Shown one piece after another: positions 41,235 through 51,639 of a stretch of 64,000 bases of DNA. This DNA comes from Mobula birostris (lineage: Eukaryota): contig NC_092397.1 of NCBI RefSeq assembly GCF_030028105.1, positions 25,864,630 through 25,928,629 of the forward strand. Direction: 5' to 3'. Each line of letters begins with the position of its first letter. Positions within the stretch are counted from its first letter, which is position 1. The position numbers and the translations under genes were made by a program. Under the pieces are notes generated by a model, which searched no databases, was not told where the DNA came from, and saw only the letters and a list, made by a program, of their open reading frames with translations.

Positions 41235-41609
41235 TTACTTGGAGCTGGTGTACTTGGTCACCGCCTTTGTCCCTTCGGAAACGGCGTGCTTGGCCAGCTC
41301 CCCGGGCAGCAGCAGGCGCACGGCGGTCTGGATCTCCCGTGAGGTGATGGTTGACCGCTTGTTGTAATGGGCCAGGCGGGAAGCCTCGCCCCCGATGCGC
41401 TCGAAGATGTCGTTGACGAATGAGTTCATGATGCTCATGGCCTTGGAGGAGATGCCAGTATCGGGGTGAACCTGCTTCATCACTTTGTAGATGTAGATGG
41501 AGTAACTCTCCTTCCTCAGCCTCTTGCGTTTCTTCCCTGCCTTACCTGCTGGTTTGGGCAAAGTTTTCTTGGCGCCCTTCTTCGGAGCGGGTTTCGCTGT
41601 CTCAGGCAT
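41235..41609 (-). CDS. H2B: Histone H2B, copy 1
   Basis: ATG at 41609; [32 protein letters not shown], 124 aa. Confidence 0.98.
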   Translation of the reverse strand: MPETAKPAPKKGAKKTLPKPAGKAGKKRKRLRKESYSIYIYKVMKQVHPDTGISSKAMSIMNSFVNDIFERIGGEASRLAHYNKRSTITSREIQTAVRLLLPGELAKHAVSEGTKAVTKYTSSK

Positions 41610-41659
41610 TTCAGCTGACCGCTTCAGACCCACAAATGAGCAAAACGGGCCCGGAGCAC

Positions 41660-41795
41660 GAATTAATTTAGGCAGCGCCCAGAGGTGTATGCTAATGAGG
41701 GATGGGATGCCTAGGTTTCTCAATGGCTATTTGAAGTAACGTTCATGCAGTAGGATAATTTGATTGGATAGCTAAAGGAATTCGTTCAACCAATC
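41660..41795 (-). promoter_or_regulatory. H2B promoter with variant octamer (H2B box)
   Basis: Minus-strand ctcATTAGCATac (41689-41696), AT-rich TATA-like at 41661-41670, CCAAT boxes at about 41764 and 41790. Confidence 0.75.
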
Positions 41796-42167
41796 AGAAC
41801 TCGTTCTGCACTACCCAGTGTTCGTTTTGGGTAACACCGTGGACAGGGACCTGTCGCCGATCTGGTGAGTTGCGCTGCGGATAATTCCGCAGGAAGGAAA
41901 TCTAAAATACAAAATGGACCAACTACAGCGGCAGTATTCGGTCATTCGGCCCGTCGTATCTGCTAGAAAAGCAGATGGAATAAGAAAAACACACAGTTGA
42001 TAATATGAAACGTTTATGTAATGAAACAGGACAGCAGGAGACCGAAGGTCAAATGGACCAGGTGAAAGATAAATTTACTGCAGCAGCATCATAAACACAT
42101 AGTATCCACGATACAGTGCACACAAGAACTAAACTGCTGTACAGAATTGTAAAAAGAGAAGAGAATT

Positions 42168-42274
42168 AGCAGTTAGTCCTGACGAAGGGTCTCGGCCCAA
42201 AACGTCGACTGTACCTCTTTCCCAGAGATGCTGCCTGGCCTGCTGCGTTCACCAGCAACTTTGATGTGTGTTGC
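42168..42274 (+). mobile_element. Short PLE-derived insert with hammerhead motif (GAAA mutated to AAAA) and 8-bp TSD
   Basis: agtc CTGACGA a GGGTctcgGCCC aAAA cGTC gact at 42175-42210; AGAGAATT at 42160-42167 and 42275-42282. Confidence 0.8.
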
Positions 42275-42400
42275 AGAGAATTTGAACGAGTCTCAAGACA
42301 GTCCATTGTAGTGTAAATTGATCAAAGTGGTGCTGTCTTGAGGTGGGGAGGAGCGTTGTTCGGGTTTGTTAAAGTACGTAATGTCTGTACATTACGTACA

Positions 42401-43120
42401 GGGTTCATTCTGTACCTGTCAGTCTCTGGTACAGTGTGAGAGTGTGGGGTTCATTCTGTACCCGTCAGTCTCTGGTACAGTGTGAGAGTGTGGGGTTCAT
42501 TCTGTACCCGTCAGTCTCTGGTACAGTGTGAGAGTGTGGGGTTCATTCTGTACCCGTCAGTCTCTGGTACAGTGTGAGAGTGTGGGGTTCATTCTGTACC
42601 CGTCAGTCTCTGGTACAGTATGAGAGTGTGGGGTTCATTCTGTACCCGTCAGTCTCTGGTACAGTATGAGAGTGTGGGGTTCATTCTGTACCCGTCAGTC
42701 TCTGGTACAGTGTGGGAGTGTGGGGTTCATTCTGTACCCGTCAGTCTCTGGTACAGTGTGAGAGTGTGGGGTTCATTCTGTACCCGTCAGTCTCTGGTAC
42801 AGTGTGAGAGTGTGGGGTTAATTCTGTACCCGTCAGTCTCTGGTACAGTGTGAGAGTGTGGGGTTCATTCTGTACCCGTCAGTCTCTGGTACAGTGTGAG
42901 AGTGTGGGGTTCATTCTGTCACCGTCAGTCTCTGGTACAGTGTGAGAGTGTGGGGTTCATTCTGTACCCGTCAGTCTCTGGTACAGTGTGAGAGTGTGGG
43001 GTTCATTCTGTACCCGTCAGTCTCTGGTACAGTGTGAGAGTGTGGGGTTCATTCTCTACCTGTCAGTTTCCGGTACAGTGTGAGGTTCATTCTGTACCTG
43101 TCAGTTTCCGGTACAGTGTG
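42401..43120. repeat. Minisatellite, 46-bp unit, about 15-16 copies
   Basis: gggttcattctgtacccgtcagtctctggtacagtgtgagagtgtg, near-identical head-to-tail copies. Confidence 0.98.
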
Positions 43121-43234
43121 GGAGTTGGTACTTGGCACTGTGTCTCCCAGTCTCTCATGCAATGTAAATGTAGAAACTTCTTTCAGATTCATCCTCACAA
43201 TTGAATTCTTTTTAGCTTTTTAAACAATATCACA

Positions 43235-43670
43235 CAATGCGATGTGGCCACACATTTGTTGGAGGTACAACACCTTCTGGGTGGCTTCCAACCTGACGGC
43301 ATGAACATCGAACTCTCGCATTTCTGGTAATGCCTCCCACCCCCCCCCCTTCACCATTTCCCATCATCTTGCCCACCCACCATCTCCCTCTGGTGCTCCT
43401 CCCCCCTTTTCTTTCTTCCATGGCCTCCTGTCTCTTTCACTAATCAACTTTCCAGCCCCCTACACGTTTCACACTCACCTTATTTTCTCTCTCCCCTTCC
43501 CCACCTTTTAAATCTACTCCTCAGATTTTCTCCTAAGTCCTGCCGAAGGGTTTTGTCCCAAAACAGTGGCTGTGTTTTTTTTCTATAGATGCTGCCTGAC
43601 CCGCTGAGTTTGTTCAGCATTTGTGTGTGTGGCTTGGATTTCCAGCAACTGTAGATTTTCTCCTGTTTGT
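43235..43670 (+). mobile_element. PLE 3' fragment (GIY-YIG end and pseudo-LTR with decayed hammerhead)
   Basis: caacctgacggcatgaacatcga; agtcctgccgaagggttttgtcccaaaac at about 43536; agatgctgcctgacc..ccagca. Confidence 0.75.
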
Positions 43671-45059
43671 GACACAATGCTGTACATCGGTATATCAGGG
43701 ATGATGTATCTGGTTACCTTGTACTAATCTGAATGGACTTTGGAGCAGGGCATCCAGAGTAACAAGCCCAGACCATTGAATCCAACTCTGGTCTTGTGAT
43801 AAATGTGTAACTTTCCTCGAGTCTCGGTGTGGGAGGGTTTGAATGGTGTGTATTGTGTAGCAACATTTGAACTGATGGAATTGAGAATGATTTTGACTGT
43901 AGATATGTAACCAGTGTGTCCACAGTGATCAGTGATGGGACCTTTGTTTGATCAGATTAAAACACACATGGGCTGATCAGATCGCTGATGACATGAATAT
44001 TGGTGCAGTTGTGGGTGGCGAGGAAGGTTGTCAAATGGACAGAAGTGGATATAGATCAATTGGAATCATGGATGGAGAAATGGGGGAAATGGATTTTAAT
44101 CTGGACAAGTGTGAGGAGTTTTACAGGTTAAATGTCGTCAGAAACTCCACAGTAAATGGCAGCACCCTTAGGAGCACTAATACAGGAGAGAACTTTATGT
44201 GTTTCTCTGTATTATCTTGCAAGTGTCACTAAAAGGAAGTAAACTACTCTGAAGATCACAGAGGGGGAGCAGTAAGAGGATCCAGTGGGGGGTGGGGTCG
44301 CTGTAGGGTAATGTCATGGCTGGAAATGTGCGTAATTAATGACCACTGACATTCTGTTGTGTTTCTCTTTTAGAAGCTGGACTGCTGTTATGATGTAAGT
44401 ATGTGAAGTTTTTTTTTTAAACTGTGCTTTATGTTTCTGTATTTGGAGAACAATAAATGAGTTGTTATGGTTTTCCTGAAACAGAAAATGCCTCATGCCA
44501 TTTTATTTGTAAAAGCCTTCACACTGCAAGAATACCGCAGTGTCAATCTGCACCAAGAAAACCTGATCACATTCTCTTGAGGGTTAATGGCATTGCTGAC
44601 TCTGAGTTTACTACCGTCGAATGCCAGCAGGGTCACAATCAGCAGAAACTCTCACAAAGCAGCTCTGTTTGTATTGTGTGCTTAGTAGGTCTGTGGGAGA
44701 TACCCAGAATGTGAAGCTATAGTAATGGAGAGAGACACACTGAGCCAAGTCACAGCTTGATGGGCAGAGAGGAAAACAGAGAATTTGATGTTGTGTCCTT
44801 ATGCCTGAACTATGCCCAGTTAGAAGTGTTGTTCCTCCGCACAGTGTTCAGCCTCACTGTAACAGTGTGACATCAGACATCAACATGAAAACCAAAATAA
44901 TCTCAGCTGAGATGTATTCTCTTTCACCTGTTGATCATCTTTGCAAACATTTTACAGGCAGAAAAGGCAAAGAATTTCTGTCTGAGAATCTCAAATGCAA
45001 CAGCGTGTCACTTCTGCTGTGTCTGTCGGTTCCCCAGCATTTGAATGCTACCAGTCACT

Positions 45060-45545
45060 GAATATGAAGGGGGAGATGGTTGAGAAGACAGCACACCAGA
45101 GTCCCAATACGTGGACTTGTCCATGGACTGACCTGATAAATGGCCATAGAGTTGATACCAGTGAGTTGGCGTTCACCGCCTCTCATTTTGGAAGGGATTC
45201 ACCAGGCCACTGCACCTGCAGATACACCAGCAAGTTCACACGGGGAGAGGCCATTCACCTGCTCCATGGCGGATGGGATTCATTCAGTCACATGAGCTAT
45301 TACAACACCAGCCAGTTCACACCGGTGAGCAGCTAGACTTGGCTCTGTTGTCTCTGTCTCTCAGTATAGCTTCACACCTGTTCCAAGTGTGGGAGGAGAT
45401 TCATTCAGTTCACCCACCATGTGAGGCTCCAGTGAGTTTACAATTCATAGAGGACACACTTCTGTCCTGAGTCAGCAAAGAAATTTACTCAAGTCATCCC
45501 ACCTGCTGAAACACCAGCAACTTCACATCAGGGAGGAAGTTATAA
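45060..45545 (+). pseudogene. Decayed C2H2 zinc-finger array
   Basis: Across frameshifts: HLQIHQQVHTG-ERPFTCS, GFIQSHELLQHQPVHTGE, FTCSKCGRRFIQ, SHLLKHQQLHIRE. Confidence 0.8.
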
Positions 45546-46589
45546 TAAGCTGTATATGGGACTGTTAATGTCAGATTCCACAGATCTTGTGGCTGCTCAT
45601 CAGACCCAGGACTGAACCCTGGTTACTGAGCATTGAGGGGGTTCATCCCACCATCTTAAAATACACTGATGTTTAATATTGTGGATCTGTCATAGACAAA
45701 TACATCAATTCCATTTCAAATCCTGTATCTCAGGTGCTTCCTCCCTGTTACACCGATAATGAACAGTCGAGAGGCCACTCAGTCCAGCTGGTACCTGCTT
45801 GTGTTCCTATTGCACACCAGAGCTTTCAACCCCATCCCTGCCGTTCACCACTAACTCACCCTATAATGTTCAGGATGTAACTGGTCACCGGTCTGGCGAT
45901 AAAGAGGTTTACCTTGAATTCACTCCACGACTTTCTGTAAACTGCAGAGGATTAATTTACTGTGGTTTTCTCCCAAATATTCCTCATCCCTCACAGCTCT
46001 GGACCAAGGCTGAAATCTTGTGTTGTTAAAATCTTCCTGTCCCGCTCTATTCATTGTTTTGTGTCATTTTCACTGATTTCGAAGGGCTGTGCCTCACATT
46101 GCTGGGCTGTTGCAATACAACACTCTCCTCTAAATTACGACAGCAGAATGGTGGAGCAGAAACAAGAGGGGTCAGCACAAATGAGGGCTTTGGAGCTCCA
46201 GATGTGATGGAGGCTCGAGTTTACGTAGAGTAGGAGGGAATCAGACCAGGAGGATGAGGCTGCAAATGGAAGTTCAGCAACATTTGGAAACTGATTGACT
46301 GAAAAAAGAGGTTTATGTTTGCAAAATACTGGAGGGACTCAGTGCCCCCCAGCAGCATCTGTGCAGACAAATAAATAGTTGATATTATGGGCCAAGACAC
46401 TTCATCCTATCTAGACTGTTTATTCCTCTGTTTAGCTGCTGCCTGACCTGCTGAGTTCCCGCAGTACTTTGTGTGTGTCACTTCAGAGTTTATTCCCAGC
46501 ATCTGCTGAACCTCGAGTTTCATATCCGCATTTCTAAATGAGTGGGACTGTGACAGTTGTCATACAAAATGCTTGTTGACATTGTGTAA

Positions 46590-47110
46590 TAAACAGGAGA
46601 AAATCTGCAGATGCTGGAAATCCAAGGAACACACACAACATGCTGGAGAAACTCTGCAGGCCAGGCACCATCTGTGGATAAAAGTACAGCTGACGTTTTG
46701 GGCCGAGATTCTTCAGCAGGACTGGAGGAAAAACAATGAGGAGTAAATTTTAAAGGTGGGGAGGGGAGAGAGAAACACAAAGTGACAGGTGGAACTGGGA
46801 GGGGGAAGGATGAAGTAAAGAGCTGGGAAGTTGTTTGGTGAAAGAGATACAGGGCTGGAGAAGGGGGAATCTGACAGGAGAGAACAGAAGGCCGTGGATG
46901 AAAGAAAAGGGGGGAGGAACACCAGAGGGAGGCGATGGGCAGGCAATGAGAGGGAAAGGGGGATTGGGAATGATGAGCGAGGGGAGGCATGACTGGAAGA
47001 TCAAGAAGTCGCTGTTCATGCCATCAGATTGGAGGCTGCCCAGATAGAATACAAGGTGTTGTTCCTCCTACCTGAGTGTGGCCTCATTGCGACAGTATAC
47101 GAGGCCATGG
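46590..47110 (-). mobile_element. PLE 3' fragment with decayed hammerhead
   Basis: Minus strand encodes HLVFYLGSLQSDGMN; agtcctgctgaagaatctcggcccaaaacgtcagctgt at about 46686-46723. Confidence 0.8.
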
Positions 47111-47114
47111 ATTG

Positions 47115-48975
47115 ACGTCTCCATTGAGTACACTGTTTGTGGAAGCTTGCTGTGTTCAAGTAGCTGCTGAGTTTTCTGCATAAAATCATTGACTGATTTT
47201 GAAACATGTGGCGTGGAACCAGCACTTGCCCCTCAAATTAATCCAGTCTGTTAACAACAGCACATCACCTCCCTTTTCCAAAATACAATTCAACCACACT
47301 ATCACCATCCATTCCGTAAGTTTACACAAATGGGACGTCAGTGATATTGGTCTATAACTAGGAGGATCCATCAGGGGTTTCCCAGGTTTTAGAATAGACA
47401 GTACAATTGCCATTTTCCATGAGGAGAGAAGATGGCCTGAACTCCAATTATGATTTTAAAAATGTAATATTATCTCAAGAGAGTTGTTGACCATATGTTT
47501 AAACATGCAATAACATGTATCATCCTTTCCTGGAGCCGTCTGACCTGTACTATAAATAGCTTTCTTAAATTCACACAAAGAAACTCTACATCACTAATAC
47601 TATCATTGCTACAGCTGGTTTCCAACACATTAAGGTATTCTTGTAAAACCTTATTGCTACATTGTTTAGTCTCTCCACCTATTTTAATTATGAATTGCAG
47701 CAAATGACCAAGCCAGGACTCAACCGTCTCTCCTTCAGGAACAATTGTATTACCTTCTTTAATCAATATTCAGAACCCTATGAATCCCACACCCCCATTT
47801 TCTTAGTCATTCCCCAAACATCTTCAAGTTTAATAGTCCTTCCAATACTTTCACAATATGACCTCCAGTAAATCTTTTTCACAAGCTTCATTACTTTCCT
47901 CACCACGGCCTGTGACCTGTTACACTTAATATGATCACGCGGAGAGTGATACTTAACTTTCCGAAATGCCACGTTTCTCTCAGTAACTGCCTCTGCACAC
48001 TCCTCCGTCCACCACGGTACAGCTTTTCTCCCACTACTGCACTTTTTAAATTGAATCTCTGCCACCACTATTTGATGAATAATGTCACAACGTTTCTTTG
48101 CAGAAATCCACATTATCCTCACCATTCAGCCCAGACAGACACTCAGCACATAAAACATTCAAACTTCTCCCAATTTGCTTTACCAGAGCTCCACCTCCTA
48201 AAAGTGGCCTCATGCCCCCCTATATAAATCCAAACTCAAGCTTATAAACATAGGAAAATGATCACTCCCCAATGCTTCATCTCCCATGACATCCCACTAC
48301 TCACTCCAATGTTCAAAACTAAAGTTAAATTTACAGCATTTTCAGAACTATTATGAACATTAAATCTTGTACCTCTCCCACCATAAAGACTAACAGGATA
48401 TGAAATATCTGAAACTCTTCTATAAACAAAATATCACCAATCTGAGAACAACCCCACAGTGAACTAACTATGTGTTAAAATCCCCACACCATACAACGCT
48501 TAGTGAGCTAGAGCTACATATACTCTCCAACAAATCAATCGGGAGCTTTCCACAATGGTTATAATAACACACAAACACGAGGAAATCTGCAGATGCTGGA
48601 ATTTCAAGCAACACGCATAAAAGTTGCTGGTGAACGCAGCAGACCAGGCAGCATCTCTAGGAAGAGGTACAGTCGACGTTATAATAATATACCACTTTAT
48701 TGCCCCTACCTGTGGAATCAAATGTGTCTTCAAATGCCTCATACATTTCATTTACATCCACAACTCTATGCCCTCTCCCTCTCTTTAAAAAAAACTTGCA
48801 ACACCACCTCCTCTACCAACTAATCTATCACGCTTAATTACAATATAACACTGGAAGGAAGAACTTAAATGTGGTAACAAATCAGGTTTCCTGATACATA
48901 TAACATCACATAGATTTGATAAATCAGAAATACATTTGAAGTCTTGCCCATTAGAAATCAGGCTTCTGGAAATCA
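47115..48975 (-). mobile_element. Decayed LINE ORF2, I/Nimb/Jockey-like (endonuclease to early RT)
   Basis: AIVLSILKPGKP..PPSYRPISLTSHLCKL; VPWWTEEC..RNVAFR; RSLISNGQDFK..DVICI..RDR..GRGGGVA. Confidence 0.75.
48568..48677 (-). mobile_element. Short PLE-derived insert with 10-bp TSD
   Basis: GTTATAATAA at 48558-48567 and 48678-48687; on minus the insert starts gtcgactgtacc. Confidence 0.85.
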
Positions 48976-49024
48976 CCCTTCTGATGCAGGCGGGGCGGGG
49001 GGGGGTGCGGAATGTAGTGGGACG

Positions 49025-49530
49025 TTTATGATTGGTGAAACAGTGCCTGATCTGATTGGAAAGAGCAAATACTCCAATCACAGAGCTGCCTTATTCACCA
49101 ATCAAGAGACAGCAACTGTAAAAGCGCGGAAAATACCGTCTAACCGCCGAAATAAACTGAAATTTGCAAAACACCGCCAAAAAAGCCTTTGTTGCTGAAA
49201 TTAAACCACAACAGGTTTGTTTGTCGGCTCTTTACCCCCGTTACTGGAGTCCGACACACTTAAACAAAGTGTAGTTAATATTGCGATGGTGTCTGGGACA
49301 TTAGTTCACCGATATCTTTCAATTGATAAACGATTGGAATAAAACCGATTCTCAGCTGCTGTTCGCGGTCGGTCATTGTGTAAACTCAAGTCAGTTTAGC
49401 AACGGGTCGCCCGGCAGAAAGTGGAGCTTTAACAAATGCTCTGAACGACCCGTGACAGTATTCAGCTCTCGCGTCGGAATGGGGTTAAGAGAAGTATCCA
49501 AAATGGGACAAAGCTTAATGAACCCACGGT
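49025..49530 (-). pseudogene. Orphan H2A promoter and H2B-H2A spacer; H2A CDS absent
   Basis: Collinear with 40510-41060: four CCAAT boxes, ctgcctta.tcaccaatcaagag, ccgccaaaaaa, gtgtagtt, gtgtctggg, cattgtgtaaac. Confidence 0.8.
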
Positions 49531-49776
49531 AATTAAACCAGAAACATTAGCGTCCATGTCAGAGAAATCTGATGACCGAGAGGAAGCGACGGGGAAAGGG
49601 GTGTGTAACGATTCCGTGCCTGGGCAGTTGGCAGGAATTAACAGAGAAATTGGGATTATACTGAGCAGCGGACAGCAAATTCTGATTAACGGGAATAAGA
49701 TTCTGAATGAGCAATTCCAAATTTACCTCAATTCCATGTCTCAACATCGTGTAACTCTTTTAATGAAACCGTGAGT

Positions 49777-49792
49777 GGCTCTTAAAAGAGCC
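49777..49792 (-). terminator. Histone stem-loop (H2B copy 2)
   Basis: Minus-strand GGCTCTTTTAAGAGCC; HDE AAAAGAGTT. Confidence 0.95.
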
Positions 49793-49829
49793 TTTGATTT
49801 TCCGGTTTGTTTTGTCAGTGAACTTGTCT

Positions 49830-50204
49830 TCACTTGGAGCTGGTGTACTTGGTCACCGCCTTTGTCCCTTCGGACACGGCGTGCTTGGCCAGCTCCCCGG
49901 GCAGCAGCAGGCGCACGGCGGTCTGGATCTCCCGGGAGCTGATGGTGGACCGCTTGTTGTAATGGGCCAGGCGGGAAGCCTCGCCCGCGATGCGCTCGAA
50001 AATATCGTTGACGAATGAATTCATGATGCTCATGGCCTTGGAGGAGATGCCGGTGTCGGGGTGAACCTGCTTCATCACTTTGTAGATGTAGATGGCGTAA
50101 GTCTCCTTCCTCGACCTCTTGCGCTTCTTGCCAGTCTTGCTCGCTGGCTTGGACAAAGCTTTCTTGGCGCCCTTCTTGGGAGCGGGTTTCGCTGGATCAG
50201 GCAT
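49830..50204 (-). CDS. H2B: Histone H2B, copy 2
   Basis: ATG at 50204; [28 protein letters not shown], 124 aa. Confidence 0.98.
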   Translation of the reverse strand: MPDPAKPAPKKGAKKALSKPASKTGKKRKRSRKETYAIYIYKVMKQVHPDTGISSKAMSIMNSFVNDIFERIAGEASRLAHYNKRSTISSREIQTAVRLLLPGELAKHAVSEGTKAVTKYTSSK

Positions 50205-50249
50205 TTCCTCGTCGGTTTCAAACACAATAATAAGCAGAAGCTGTTCGGA

Positions 50250-50385
50250 GCGCGGATTAAATAGGCAGCGCCCAAAGCGGTATGTTAATGAGGATGGGAA
50301 TACTGAGCATTTCTATTGGCTGTTTGGAGAAATGAATCACCAATCGGAACGCTGGGGGATGGGTAGCGGCGCCAATGGGCGGGGT
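50250..50385 (-). promoter_or_regulatory. H2B copy 2 promoter
   Basis: TATTTAA at about 50257-50263, octamer variant ATTAACAT at 50282-50289, CCAAT boxes at about 50315, 50340 and 50372. Confidence 0.7.
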
Positions 50386-51639
50386 TTACCGCTGTCGTTT
50401 GATGCGGGAGGAAGTACTGAAGGGCAGAGACAGGCCGGGCTGCGGGCTGAAATTGAAAAGGGAAACGCAATTTCAAAAGCCGAATGAAAATAAAATCAGA
50501 TGAAATATTGTAAAATTAAACACTAGGACATTTAGTTCATGACATAGGGCTGCAGGAGAGTAAAGGAGAGATTTGGACATTTCAGTGTAAAGTTTAAATC
50601 GAGTTTATTTATGCACAGGTGAAAGGAACAAAGTATTTGTAGCAGCATCACAGACACATTGCATCAGAGACACAACACTGACAAGGAACACTGATATTAA
50701 ATATGAATTATACCAAAATATTCAAACAGACAGAAGACTATCAGAACAAAATCAAAATAACAAACAGATTATGCCGGCAGTGGGAGAATCATCCCTCTTG
50801 TGCTTCTTCATCTCGTCACTCTAGATTCAGTGTCACACAACGCTGCCACTTTGATCTGGCCCATGCCTTCATCAACCAAGTCCAACACTTGCCTTTAGTG
50901 CATCTTCCCCCCCCCCTTACACTGGTCATCGGGTTTGTGGGGGTGTGCCCAGGGTTAGTTGGGGTGTGTGCCCCCTTGGACCTCAGAATTAGGTTTGAGG
51001 GTAGGGCTGGTGGATGTATATGTGGGGCTGGGAGAGATAAGGCTGTGGAGTTTAGTATGGTGAGATAGGTGGGGCTATGGTGGATAGGGTAATGTAGTGG
51101 AGTCACTTCAATCTGGCCCATTCCCTTCATTAATGTGGCCTGACACCACTTGGCTTAATGAACCGGGTGTTGCAAAGGGACACATCATCAGGAAAGCAAC
51201 CTGGGGTCATTGGGTGTTTTGGGTCTTTAATCATGAGACATCCTCGCCCAGACAACCCAGCCAGGGTTAATCAGGCCTGCTTGTGTTTATCCCATGGATC
51301 AAGGTAACGAGAGGCATGTAACTCTGCATGTTGTGGGTATTTTAGACCTTGTTACTTGGCTTTATTTTGACCATTTGGGGAGTAGAATGTTCTGAGGCCT
51401 AGTAATCAGGCTTTACCTCCAAGTAAGGTTCAACTTTCCTACTTTCAATTTAGAATTGTCTTTATTTTGCATCTGTATGCCTGGGATTGCATGGGTTAAA
51501 TTAACAGTGTTCACTGCAGTACAAATTAGTGATTAGGGCTGTGCAGATTGGTCCATAATTCCAAAATGCAAACATCTCTGAAATCCAGATTTTTTTGTGC
51601 TGACATGACATCACAAATGGAGAATTTTACTCAGGATTA

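Noticed and set aside
41610-41723. N-terminal extensions of H2B and H2A in the ORF track (also 50205-50225 and 40411-40422)
   Set aside because: They rely on non-ATG starts in 5' UTR or promoter sequence; canonical ATGs lie downstream of the TATA boxes.
42401-43120. CRISPR-like array, or RAG recombination signal repeats
   Set aside because: There are no unique spacers and the context is eukaryotic. TACAGTG lacks the essential CAC of the RSS heptamer and no nonamer is present.
50816-51300. HTPTNP-repeat ORF and polypurine run as an LTR element 3' end
   Set aside because: No LTR boundary or integrase motif could be identified.
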